Shown: positions 55,820 to 64,000 of the stretch, one piece after another | Layout of the letters: every line of letters begins with the position of its first letter | Position numbering within the stretch: the first letter of the stretch is position 1 | Assembly (NCBI GenBank): GCA_030550315.1 | Contig: JAUQPP010000001.1 | Span: 11,348-75,347, forward strand | DNA: 64,000 bases | DNA from: Thermotogota bacterium | GTDB taxonomy: Bacteria; Thermotogota; Thermotogae; Thermotogales; Fervidobacteriaceae | Direction of reading: 5' to 3' | The notes under the pieces: generated by a model | Databases searched by the model: none | What the model was told of the DNA's origin: nothing | The model's input: only the letters and a program-made list of their open reading frames with translations | Translations under genes and position numbers: made by a program

Positions 55820-56350
55820 GTGGCCGAAATAGCCGAAAAGATTAGACAAGCCGGTGAAACATTTGAAGAAAGGATAATTGAAATCAGGAGAACGACAAAG
55901 GTTACCAAGGGTGGAAAGAATCTTTCGTTTAGGGTATTGGCAGTTGTAGGTAACAGAAATGGTAAGGTTGGAATCGGTGTGGGTAAGGCAAGAGAAGTTC
56001 CAGATGCAATTAGGAAAGCGCTAGTTAGTGCGAAGCGCAATCTTATTGAAGTGCCGGTTGTAAAAGGTACTATCCCACACGAAGTAGTTGGTAAACAAGA
56101 TGCCGCGAGAATCCTCATGAAACCTGCAGCACCTGGTACTGGTATCATTGCGAACGGTACTGTACGTGCAATCCTTGAACTTGCTGGCGTTCAGAATGTC
56201 TTGACAAAAGCAATGGGTTCAACAAACCCAGTTGTACTTGCACAAGCGACGATAAACGGTATTAAGAACCTCTTCTCGATCGAAAAAATAGCCGCGTTGA
56301 GAGATATAACACCAGCCGAGGTAGTTCGCGGTGTCAAAAGGGAGGGGTAA
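55820..56350 (+). CDS. rpsE: 30S ribosomal protein S5
   Basis: ORF 55811..56350. GTG at 55820 is better spaced from AGGAGG than GTG at 55811. [17 protein letters not shown]. Confidence 0.93.
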   Translation: MAEIAEKIRQAGETFEERIIEIRRTTKVTKGGKNLSFRVLAVVGNRNGKVGIGVGKAREVPDAIRKALVSAKRNLIEVPVVKGTIPHEVVGKQDAARILMKPAAPGTGIIANGTVRAILELAGVQNVLTKAMGSTNPVVLAQATINGIKNLFSIEKIAALRDITPAEVVRGVKREG

Positions 56351-56353
56351 TAA

Positions 56354-56539
56354 ATGAAGAAGCTTAAAATAACACTTGTGAGAAGCCCAATCGGTTACAA
56401 GTACGATCAAAAAGACACTGTCAGACGCTTGGGACTAAGAAGAATGCATCAGACAGTCATCAAGGATGATACCCCACAGATCAGAGGAATGATTAACAAA
56501 GTCAAGCACCTTCTTAAAGTTGAAGAAATCGAGGCTTGA
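56354..56539 (+). CDS. rpmD: 50S ribosomal protein L30
   Basis: 61 aa. [12 protein letters not shown]. Confidence 0.95.
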   Translation: MKKLKITLVRSPIGYKYDQKDTVRRLGLRRMHQTVIKDDTPQIRGMINKVKHLLKVEEIEA

Positions 56540-56569
56540 GAATAGCATTTTGCGAGGGAGGGAAGTACA

Positions 56570-57025
56570 ATGTCCGAGATTCTTAGAATAGAAGATCTAC
56601 GACCAACGCCGGGTTCGAACAAGAAGTTCAAAAGAGTTGGTAGAGGCCAAGGTTCTGGTAAAGGTAAAACTGCAGGTAGAGGACACAAAGGTCAGAAAGC
56701 TAGGGGTACCGGAAAGGTTCATCCATGGCTTGAAGGTGGTCAAACACCACTCCACAGAAGGCTTCCAAAGTTCGGATTTAAGAACTTCAACAAGAAAATC
56801 TATGCTATCGTCAACCTTGATACACTCGATGCGAAGTTTGAGAGTAACGATGTTGTGACTCCGGAAGTATTAATTGAAAGGGGGATAATCGATAAACTCT
56901 ACGACGGTCTTAAAGTTCTTGGAAGAGGCGAGTTGACGAAACCACTCGTGGTAAAGGCCCATAAATTTAGCGAAACCGCGAAAGAGAAAATTGAAAAGGT
57001 TGGCGGCAAGGCTGAGGTGATTTAG
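56570..57025 (+). CDS. rplO: 50S ribosomal protein L15
   Basis: 151 aa. [22 protein letters not shown]. Confidence 0.96.
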   Translation: MSEILRIEDLRPTPGSNKKFKRVGRGQGSGKGKTAGRGHKGQKARGTGKVHPWLEGGQTPLHRRLPKFGFKNFNKKIYAIVNLDTLDAKFESNDVVTPEVLIERGIIDKLYDGLKVLGRGELTKPLVVKAHKFSETAKEKIEKVGGKAEVI

Positions 57026-57027
57026 CG

Positions 57028-58314
57028 ATGTGGAAAGCGCTAAGAAACGCGATGCGAATTCCGGAAGTGAGGGATAGGGTAATCTTTACGTTCCTTATGC
57101 TTCTTGTTTTCAGGCTGGGTATTTATGTCCCGGTACCTGGGATCAACATTAAGGCTTGGGGGGAAGCGCTTTCCAAACAGGGCACCGGCTTGGCCGGTGG
57201 CGTTCTTAGTTTTTACGACGTCTTCACCGGTGGTGCTTTCAGCAGGTTCTCAGTCTTCTCAATGAGCGTTACACCGTACATCAACGCGTCAATCATTATG
57301 CAACTTCTTGCTTCGATAATTCCATCGCTGAAAGAACTTTTGAAACAAGGTGAAGAAGGTAGAAAAAAATACCAAAGGTACACGAAGAACTTGACAGTTG
57401 GACTTGCAGCACTCCAATCTTTTGTTGTTTCGTTCGGACTTGCAAGAAGCTACGAGGGAATAGTTGTAGTCAATACATGGCTCTTCTCGTTCGTTTCAAC
57501 CCTTTCGCTGGTTGCTGGGACAATGTTCTTGCTTTGGATCGGTGATAGGATTACCGAACGCGGAATTGGTAATGGTGTGAGTATTTTGATCTTCGCCGGT
57601 ATCGTCTCAAGGTACCCGGCATACTTCAGAACGGCGGTTTTGGGTAATCTGAACATCTTCGGGTGGATCTTTTTGATAGCGATTGCATTGCTGATGGTTG
57701 TTGCGATTATCTATGTTCAGCAGGCTGAGAGAAGAATCAAAATTGAATATGCCACAAGAATGGTCGGACGCAGAATTTACGGTGGAACGAGCACCTATTT
57801 GCCGATAAAAGTCAACCACTCTGGAGTTATACCCATTATCTTTGCTTGGGCAATCATCAGCATTCCAGAGGCTATTGCACAGATAACACAAGCTCAATGG
57901 GCAATAAAACTTTTTAGCATGCAAAATCCGTTGATGATAACGCTGTACGCGATTTTGATATTCTTCTTTACATACTTCTACAGTGTTGTAGTTATAGACC
58001 CACGTGACATATCCGAGAATATCAAAAGGTACGGTGGTTTCATACCTGGCATCCGGGCTGGAAAACCAACGGAAGAATACATTACTTACGTAGTTAACAG
58101 AGTCACGTTCATAGGTGCAATCTTTTTGGTTGCAATTTCTCTTCTTCCCTACGTTGTCGAAGGTATCACAAAGGTCAATATCTGGCTTGGTGGTACCAGC
58201 GCCCTAATTGCTGTGGGTGTTGCACTCGATATCGCTCAGCAGCTTGAAGCACACTTGATTATGAGGAATTACGAAGGGTTTGTTAAAAAGGGCAAGATAG
58301 TGGGTAGGCGCTAA
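57028..58314 (+). CDS. secY: Preprotein translocase subunit SecY
   Basis: 428 aa, 10-TM pattern. FTFLMLLVFRLGIYVPVPGI. Confidence 0.97.
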   Translation: MWKALRNAMRIPEVRDRVIFTFLMLLVFRLGIYVPVPGINIKAWGEALSKQGTGLAGGVLSFYDVFTGGAFSRFSVFSMSVTPYINASIIMQLLASIIPSLKELLKQGEEGRKKYQRYTKNLTVGLAALQSFVVSFGLARSYEGIVVVNTWLFSFVSTLSLVAGTMFLLWIGDRITERGIGNGVSILIFAGIVSRYPAYFRTAVLGNLNIFGWIFLIAIALLMVVAIIYVQQAERRIKIEYATRMVGRRIYGGTSTYLPIKVNHSGVIPIIFAWAIISIPEAIAQITQAQWAIKLFSMQNPLMITLYAILIFFFTYFYSVVVIDPRDISENIKRYGGFIPGIRAGKPTEEYITYVVNRVTFIGAIFLVAISLLPYVVEGITKVNIWLGGTSALIAVGVALDIAQQLEAHLIMRNYEGFVKKGKIVGRR

Positions 58315-58354
58315 TCTCGATCTGGTCACCGAACTTGGAAGGGAGTGACCAACG

Positions 58355-59005
58355 ATGAACTTGATTTTCCTCGGACCTCCGGGTGCTGGAAAAGGAACAT
58401 ACGCAAAGCATGTGGCAAGTAAGTATGGGATACCGCACATATCAACCGGTGACATTTTCAGAGAAGCGATAACCAACGGAACGGAACTGGGAAAGAAAGT
58501 GCAAGATATTGTCAATTCCGGCCAACTCGTTCCGGATGAGATAACTAATGCCCTTGTTGAAGAGAGACTGGCGAAAGAAGATTGCGCTAACGGTTTTATA
58601 CTTGACGGATACCCAAGAACAGTCCCACAAGCTCTCGCGCTTGATGAGATGCTTAAGAAGTTCCGAAGAGAACTTCATGGTGCTATCTATTTTGAAGTAG
58701 ACGAGGAAACGGTTGTGAGGAGGATTTCCACAAGAAGGGTCTGTAGTTCATGCGGACGGGTATACAACGTTATTACCCTGCCACCAAAAGTCGAAGGTGT
58801 ATGTGATGAATGTGGAGGAGCACTCATCCAACGCGATGATGATAAAGAAGATGTGGTGAGAAACAGATACCGTGTTTACATCGAAAAAACTTCACCGTTA
58901 ATCGAGTATTATAGAAACAAAAACAAACTCTTTACCTTAGATGGAAGAAAAAGTGTAGAAGAAGTTGTCGAGTTGTTGTTTAATATACTGGGTGGTATCA
59001 AGTAG
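58355..59005 (+). CDS. adk: Adenylate kinase (zinc lid form)
   Basis: GPPGAGKGT P-loop. Lid region CSSCGRVYN...CDECGG. Confidence 0.96.
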   Translation: MNLIFLGPPGAGKGTYAKHVASKYGIPHISTGDIFREAITNGTELGKKVQDIVNSGQLVPDEITNALVEERLAKEDCANGFILDGYPRTVPQALALDEMLKKFRRELHGAIYFEVDEETVVRRISTRRVCSSCGRVYNVITLPPKVEGVCDECGGALIQRDDDKEDVVRNRYRVYIEKTSPLIEYYRNKNKLFTLDGRKSVEEVVELLFNILGGIK

Positions 59006-59008
59006 CGT

Positions 59009-59761
59009 ATGATCCGACTTAAGACCAAAGAAGAGATCGAAAAAATGAGAATAGCAAGCCAAGCCGTTGCAACAGTGTTGCTTGAAGTGTCAAATCTCAT
59101 AAAACCAGGTGCAACGGCGTTTGATGTGGAGTTGTTAGCTGAGAGAATACTTCGTGAGCTGAAATGCAAGCCAGCTTTCAAAGGATACGGTGGTTATCCA
59201 TACATCACCACGGTTTCCGTTAACAATGAAGTCATCCACGGATTCCCGCTGAAAAGAAAGGTTTTTAAAGAAGGCGATATCGTATCAGTAGACGTTGGGG
59301 CCGTATACGAAGGATATTATGGTGACGGTGCGTGGACATACATTGTAGAGAAAACAGATGATAAGGGCCAATTATTGGTGACAACTACACGACAAGCTCT
59401 CGAAAATGTTATTAGTATCATCAAACCGGGAATCAAACTTGGAGATGTCTCAAGCTACATTCAGAGTTACATAGAGTTACGAGGCTTCGGTGTGGTAAGG
59501 GATTTTGTTGGTCATGGGATAGGCAAAGCACTTCATGAAGACCCTCAAGTACCAAACTACGGAAAACCTGGTACAGGAATAACCCTGAAACCGGGAATGA
59601 CGCTTGCTATAGAACCTATGGTTACTGAAGGCAGCTGGCACGTCGAGATTTTGGAAGATGGTTGGACAGTTGTCACTGTTGATGGGTCAAGAGCGGCACA
59701 CTTTGAACACACGATAGTGGTAACAGAAGAAGGTTGCGAAGTACTTACTAAGTTTGTTTGA
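59009..59761 (+). CDS. map: Methionine aminopeptidase type I
   Basis: 250 aa with metal-ligand contexts VDVGA..GYYGD, GHGIG, LAIEP, FEHT. Confidence 0.95.
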   Translation: MIRLKTKEEIEKMRIASQAVATVLLEVSNLIKPGATAFDVELLAERILRELKCKPAFKGYGGYPYITTVSVNNEVIHGFPLKRKVFKEGDIVSVDVGAVYEGYYGDGAWTYIVEKTDDKGQLLVTTTRQALENVISIIKPGIKLGDVSSYIQSYIELRGFGVVRDFVGHGIGKALHEDPQVPNYGKPGTGITLKPGMTLAIEPMVTEGSWHVEILEDGWTVVTVDGSRAAHFEHTIVVTEEGCEVLTKFV

Positions 59762-59793
59762 TATTTCGTAATTTGCTCTATGTAAAGCGTGAG

Positions 59794-60060
59794 GTGATAT
59801 GTCTGAAAAACAAGGAAGACGTTATTCGAATGGAAGGTACGATCGTAGAAGCCCTACCAAACGCTATGTTTAGAGTCCTGCTTGACAATGGCCACAAGGT
59901 TTTGGCGCACGTCTCGGGAAAGATGCGCAAAAATTTTATCAGGCTTGTACCCGGAGACAGAGTTATTGTGGAACTCACCATTTATGACCTCACCAGAGGG
60001 CGCATAGTTTACAGAAAAAAAGTTGATTCACGTGGTGAAGAGGAGATTGAAGAAGATTGA
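59794..60060 (+). CDS. infA: Translation initiation factor IF-1 (start codon uncertain, acidic C-terminal tail)
   Basis: ORF 59758..60060. Core sequence [68 protein letters not shown]. There is no in-frame ATG near the N-terminus. Candidates are GTG 59794 and CTG 59803, after GAGGTGA. Confidence 0.85.
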   Translation: MICLKNKEDVIRMEGTIVEALPNAMFRVLLDNGHKVLAHVSGKMRKNFIRLVPGDRVIVELTIYDLTRGRIVYRKKVDSRGEEEIEED

Positions 60061-60129
60061 GATTCAAAGGAGCTTAGCGGGAAAATTTTCAAAGAATACA
60101 AAACATAAATCCTGAAAGGAGAGGTTAGT

Positions 60130-60246
60130 ATGAAGGTGAAGGCATCGGTTGGTAAAAGATGCGAGTACTGTAAGGTTATCAGAAGGCGAGGAAGAGTATA
60201 CGTTATCTGCAAGGTTAATCCTAAGCACAACCAAAGGCAAGGCTGA
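60130..60246 (+). CDS. rpmJ: 50S ribosomal protein L36 (zinc form)
   Basis: Not in the ORF track (38 aa). [50 protein letters not shown]. Confidence 0.95.
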   Translation: MKVKASVGKRCEYCKVIRRRGRVYVICKVNPKHNQRQG

Positions 60247-60269
60247 AATGTAACTGAGGAGGGAGATTA

Positions 60270-60638
60270 ATGGCGCGTATCGTTGGTGTTGAGATACCGA
60301 GCAACAAAAAGGTTCATATTGCACTCAGGTACATTTACGGAATAGGACCCACGAGAGCCATTGAAATCTGCAAGAACACTGGCGTAGACCCTGAAAAGAG
60401 AGTTAAGGACCTTACAGAGGACGAGATTAGCAAGATCTCCTCTTTTATCCAGCAAAACTACAAAGTTGAAGGTGAATTGAGAACAGAGATAATGAGAAAC
60501 ATAAAGAGACTCATAGATATTGGGTGTTACCGTGGTTTAAGACACAAACTTGGACTTCCTGTTAGAGGTCAGAGAACTAGATCGAACGCTCGAACTAGGA
60601 AAGGTCCAAGACCAAGCAGGATTAAGAAGAAAAAATGA
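60270..60638 (+). CDS. rpsM: 30S ribosomal protein S13
   Basis: 122 aa. [10 protein letters not shown]. Confidence 0.97.
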   Translation: MARIVGVEIPSNKKVHIALRYIYGIGPTRAIEICKNTGVDPEKRVKDLTEDEISKISSFIQQNYKVEGELRTEIMRNIKRLIDIGCYRGLRHKLGLPVRGQRTRSNARTRKGPRPSRIKKKK

Positions 60639-60690
60639 TTAATTTAAAGACGCGTTGAAAACTAACGATTTTTAAAAGGAGGGAAAATTA

Positions 60691-61083
60691 ATGGCGAAAG
60701 GTCGACCGACAAGGGCAAAACAGAAGAAAAAGGTTGCAACTGATAGGGGAGTAGTTCACATAAAGTCCACGTACAACAACACGATAGTGACACTTACAGA
60801 TCCAAATGGAAACGTTCTTACTTGGGGTAGCGGTGGAACGGCAGGTTTTGAGGGAACCAGGAAAGGTACACCTTACGCGGCACAGCTTGCAGCCGATAAA
60901 GTTGCGAAGGAAGCTATCAAGATGGGAATCAAACGCGTTGATGTTGTAGTTAAAGGACCTGGTCCCGGAAGGGAAACGGCCATCAGAACTTTACAAGCTG
61001 CAGGACTAGAAATCGACAACATTAGAGATGCAACACCTATTCCATTCAACGGGTGTAGACCACCGAAGAGAAGAAGAGTCTAA
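60691..61083 (+). CDS. rpsK: 30S ribosomal protein S11
   Basis: 130 aa. [15 protein letters not shown]. Confidence 0.97.
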   Translation: MAKGRPTRAKQKKKVATDRGVVHIKSTYNNTIVTLTDPNGNVLTWGSGGTAGFEGTRKGTPYAAQLAADKVAKEAIKMGIKRVDVVVKGPGPGRETAIRTLQAAGLEIDNIRDATPIPFNGCRPPKRRRV

Positions 61084-61120
61084 TGCCAGAGTGTGAGTAG
61101 CTCAAAGGAGGGGCAGAATA

Positions 61121-61750
61121 ATGGCAAGATATACAGGACCATTGTGCAGATTGTGCAGAAGAGAAGGAATGAAGCTTTACTTAAAAGGTGAAAGATGCTT
61201 TAGCGAAAAGTGTCCGTACGATAGAAGACCATTTGCTCCTGGTCAGCATGGAAGGGAAAAGAAGAAACTCACGCAGTACGGTATTCAGCTGAGAGCCAAG
61301 CAGACCGTTAAGAGGATTTATGGAATCCTCGAAAAACAGTTCAGAATTTACTACCAAAGGGCGGCGAAACAAGCGGGCGACACTCGAGAAAATCTCGTTG
61401 TGCAAATTGAAAGAAGACTCGATAACGTTGTTTACAGACTTGGCTTCGCAATTAACAGGAGAACGGCTAGACAGCTTGTTAACCATGGCCACATACTTGT
61501 GAACGGTAGGAAAGTCGATATCCCATCCTATCAACTCAGACCGGGCGATGTTGTTTCCATCAAAGAGTCGAGTAGAGGAATCGAGCCAATAAAGAAAGCT
61601 ATCGAACTCAACAGAGGCAGAACGATTTCTCCTTGGCTGGAGGTAGACTACGACCAATTCAAAGGTACTTACGTTAGACATCCGAAACTCGAAGAAGTTA
61701 TCGACCTTCCAGTTGACGTCCAGGCAATTGTTGAGTTCTACTCGAGGTGA
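61121..61750 (+). CDS. rpsD: 30S ribosomal protein S4 (Cys4 N-terminal form)
   Basis: 209 aa. [31 protein letters not shown]. Confidence 0.97.
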   Translation: MARYTGPLCRLCRREGMKLYLKGERCFSEKCPYDRRPFAPGQHGREKKKLTQYGIQLRAKQTVKRIYGILEKQFRIYYQRAAKQAGDTRENLVVQIERRLDNVVYRLGFAINRRTARQLVNHGHILVNGRKVDIPSYQLRPGDVVSIKESSRGIEPIKKAIELNRGRTISPWLEVDYDQFKGTYVRHPKLEEVIDLPVDVQAIVEFYSR

Positions 61751-61755
61751 TCTTA

Positions 61756-62742
61756 ATGATGCAGATCACTGGAAGAAAATTCAGGTTGGAAGAACAAACC
61801 GAACAAGAAGATTTCTACTATGCGCGCTATTCCCTTGCGCCGCTTGACAAGGGTTACGCGGTTACCATTGGTAACACGCTAAGAAGGGTGCTTCTTTCCT
61901 CGATTCCGAGTTTTGCCATAACCGATGTGAGGTTCGTTAGACCTGAGAAGTACCACGAATTCGACACCATCGATGGTGTGAAAGAAGACATTTTGGAGAT
62001 TCTGCTCAACTTGAAGAAAGTGCAACTTCGGGTTGAAGCTTACGTTGAATCGCCGGTGAAACTTGTTATCCGCAAAAAAGGGCCGTGCACACTGACGGCT
62101 GGAGACATCGAATGCCCAGCTGGTGTGGTCGTAGCCAATCCAAAACACTACATAGCAACGCTGAACGAGGATGCGGACATAGAAGTCGAGCTTTACGCGA
62201 CATTCGGCAAAGGATTCGTTCCTGCAAGCGAAAGGAACGAAAGGCCAGAAATAGGTTGGATAGTTCTCGATGGTGTTTACAGCCCGGTGATAAAAGTCAA
62301 CTGGCTTGTAGAAAACGTCCGCGTTGACAAGAGAACGGACTTTGAAAAACTCATACTCGAAATCTGGACTAAGAAAAGCATAAGACCAGCTGAGGCGTTG
62401 AAGCATTCGCTGAAAATCATTATTGACCACTTTTCGTTTATCGAGCAAAGCTTGACCGATGTTGAAGAACTCCCAATCCCGGCAATTCAAGAAGCGGTAC
62501 AATTTACCGAAGAATTTGGTTCTGTAGACGACTACATGTCGAGAAAGATCGAAGAGCTCGACCTTTCAGCTCGTTCACTTAACTGCTTAAAGCGCGACAA
62601 GATTGAAACGATCGGTGATCTTCTCTCCAGAACGGAAGAGGATTTAATGAAGATAAAGAACTTTGGTCAAAAATCCCTTGAAGAAGTGAAGGAAAAACTC
62701 AAAGAAAAGTTTGGTCTCACGCTCAGAAAGGGGGAAAAGTGA
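61756..62742 (+). CDS. rpoA: DNA-directed RNA polymerase subunit alpha
   Basis: ORF 61747..62742. ATG at 61756 is 5 nt after [20 protein letters not shown]. The C-terminal domain has [13 protein letters not shown]. Confidence 0.96.
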   Translation: MMQITGRKFRLEEQTEQEDFYYARYSLAPLDKGYAVTIGNTLRRVLLSSIPSFAITDVRFVRPEKYHEFDTIDGVKEDILEILLNLKKVQLRVEAYVESPVKLVIRKKGPCTLTAGDIECPAGVVVANPKHYIATLNEDADIEVELYATFGKGFVPASERNERPEIGWIVLDGVYSPVIKVNWLVENVRVDKRTDFEKLILEIWTKKSIRPAEALKHSLKIIIDHFSFIEQSLTDVEELPIPAIQEAVQFTEEFGSVDDYMSRKIEELDLSARSLNCLKRDKIETIGDLLSRTEEDLMKIKNFGQKSLEEVKEKLKEKFGLTLRKGEK

Positions 62743-62743
62743 A

Positions 62744-63130
62744 ATGAGACACCGAATGAAAAGAAACAAGCTAAATAGATACGCAAGCCACAGGAACGCA
62801 CTCCTTAGAAATCTTGCGAAGGAGATTATTGAACACAACTCAATCATGACCACAACAGTTAAAGCAAAAGTTGGAAGACAGTACATCGAAAAGCTCATCG
62901 CTAAAGCCATAAAGGCTTACAAGATCAAGGAATCAGACAGGGCTGAAAGTGTAGCACTCAGAAGGCAGATATTTGCCGAACTCGGAGATAGGAGACTTGT
63001 TAACAAACTTGTCGATGAAATAGCTCCGAAGTTCGTTGAGAGAAACGGTGGTTACTTGCGCGTTGTAAAGGTAGGGCCAAGAAGAGGCGACGGTGCGGAA
63101 ATGGCAGTTCTCCAGCTTGTGAGTGAATAA
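62744..63130 (+). CDS. rplQ: 50S ribosomal protein L17
   Basis: ORF 62711..63130. ATG at 62744 gives [24 protein letters not shown]. Confidence 0.96.
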   Translation: MRHRMKRNKLNRYASHRNALLRNLAKEIIEHNSIMTTTVKAKVGRQYIEKLIAKAIKAYKIKESDRAESVALRRQIFAELGDRRLVNKLVDEIAPKFVERNGGYLRVVKVGPRRGDGAEMAVLQLVSE

Positions 63131-63164
63131 TGGAAGACTGTGAGAAAGTTGTTAATCACAAAAG

Positions 63165-63199
63165 AAATCGTGGAGCGTTAGTACCCGCTCCACGATTTA
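63165..63199 (+). terminator. Terminator of the alpha operon
   Basis: AAATCGTGGAGCG-loop-CGCTCCACGATTT, a 13-bp stem. Confidence 0.65.
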
Positions 63200-63296
63200 C
63201 GTGTAAATCTAGAAATTTCACATACGCGGGAGTTCTATAGGAAGATTAAGTACAGTCAGAACAAAAGTAGTTTGGTAAGAATTTGGAGGTGTCAGA

Positions 63297-64000
63297 ATGG
63301 AAGTAAAAAACGTCTCGAGGGAAAAAAACGTGGTGGTAAGGGAGTACATATTTGATGAGGAAGATATTAAACGTCTTGAAGACAAAGCGACGCAGAGCCT
63401 AAACAGACGGAAAGTCTTAATCGAAGGCTTTAGGCCGGGAAAGGTTCCGAAAGAAATTTACAAATTAAGACTCAAAGAATCTTTCTACGACATTTACGTT
63501 GCTTCCGAGGGAATCGAAGAAGTAGAACGGTTACTGGATAACGAGGAAGTTGAGTTGATAATTCCCGTAGTCATCTCAAATGCACAGTTTTCGCCAAAAG
63601 CTGGAAGTGTTGTGGTTGAGCTGCATTTGGAACCTGACGTAAGTGTGAATCTCTCCAAAATTGTTCTGAGGAAAGCCAAAGAAGATGAAACGATAGAAGG
63701 TTACGTTGAGTTTAAGAAGAAATTCATCCTTGAGCAGAACGTTACTCTTGAACCGAAAGAAGGCCCGGCAGAGATCGGAGACCAGGTGGTTGTGAAGGAA
63801 CGCGTATTAAGGGATGATAAAGAAGTTAGAAGCGATGAAGAGAAGAATTACATCATATTTGAGGACGACAAACGGGATGTCATTCAAAACCTCATCGGTA
63901 GAAAAGCCGGAGACGTTGTGGAATTCGAGAAAACATTTAAAACTGCGGATGGAAAGGATTTGGTCTATAAGTACATTCTTGAGGTTACTCAGATATACAA
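63297..64000 (+). CDS. tig: Trigger factor, N-terminal part running off the window
   Basis: Not in the ORF track because there is no stop in the window. ATG at 63297 follows GGAGGTG. MEVKNVSREKNVVVREY...IEGFRPGKVPKEIY (GFRPGKVP hallmark). Confidence 0.85.
   Translation, partial: MEVKNVSREKNVVVREYIFDEEDIKRLEDKATQSLNRRKVLIEGFRPGKVPKEIYKLRLKESFYDIYVASEGIEEVERLLDNEEVELIIPVVISNAQFSPKAGSVVVELHLEPDVSVNLSKIVLRKAKEDETIEGYVEFKKKFILEQNVTLEPKEGPAEIGDQVVVKERVLRDDKEVRSDEEKNYIIFEDDKRDVIQNLIGRKAGDVVEFEKTFKTADGKDLVYKYILEVTQIY

Noticed and set aside
53084-56148. Series of 150-180-aa minus-strand ORFs inside the spc operon (53084..53605, 54420..54956, 55008..55529, 55672..56148).
   Set aside because: All are antisense to highly conserved ribosomal protein genes. 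Long antisense frames are expected from the purine-rich codon bias of these genes.
61181-62502. Minus-strand ORFs 61181..61681 and 61879..62502, opposite rpsD and rpoA.
   Set aside because: Same reasoning: they are antisense to conserved genes and have no RBS or motif.

Overview
The window looks like a chromosomal segment from an AT-rich bacterium, probably Thermotogota. That assignment is my inference from the protein sequences, with no database search.

Layout:
- 1-12.2 kb: housekeeping genes (partial pstS-like, pullulanase, nrdG-nrdD, alkaline phosphatase, fmt, tsaB, mutS, nfo).
- 12.3-16 kb: poorly characterised secreted and hypothetical genes.
- 16-26.3 kb: one tightly packed minus-strand cluster encoding a complete Wsp-like (non-flagellar) chemosensory pathway. 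It comprises CheR-TPR, a fused double CheW, a CheA-REC hybrid, a REC-less CheB, REC plus degenerate GGDEF, and a divergent MCP. A Rex-like wHTH regulator, two unknown proteins and lgt follow on the same strand.
- 26.4-26.6 kb: tRNA-Arg(GCG) and tRNA-Ser(GCU).
- 26.9-33.4 kb: the most unusual locus. It holds a minimal secretin, a second secretin-N-like protein with a beta-barrel-like C-terminus, a PapD-like (chaperone-like) secreted protein, a small beta-rich protein, two SARP/BTAD-type regulators (one frame-disrupted) and two paralogous small secreted proteins. No T2SS, T4P or phage ATPase and no usher is present. I flag it as a candidate undescribed chaperone/secretin surface-fibre system.
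- 33.6-38.2 kb: pyk, metF-like, priA.
- 38.2-40.15 kb: non-coding, containing a heavily decayed IS200/IS605-type tnpB remnant with a possible omega-RNA/right-end region.
- 40.2-42.6 kb: an ABC-2 permease with no ATPase, flanked by a putative outer-membrane-like protein and a membrane-anchored protein.
- 42.85-43.07 kb: tRNA-Val and tRNA-Gln.
- 43.2-63.1 kb: the complete str-S10-spc-alpha ribosomal superoperon (rpsL to rplQ, including secY, adk, map, infA, rpmJ, rpoA).
- 63.3 kb to the end: a partial trigger factor gene.

I saw no CRISPR array, rRNA or intact mobile element. All functional calls rest on motif-level recognition in the translated ORFs. No searches were run.
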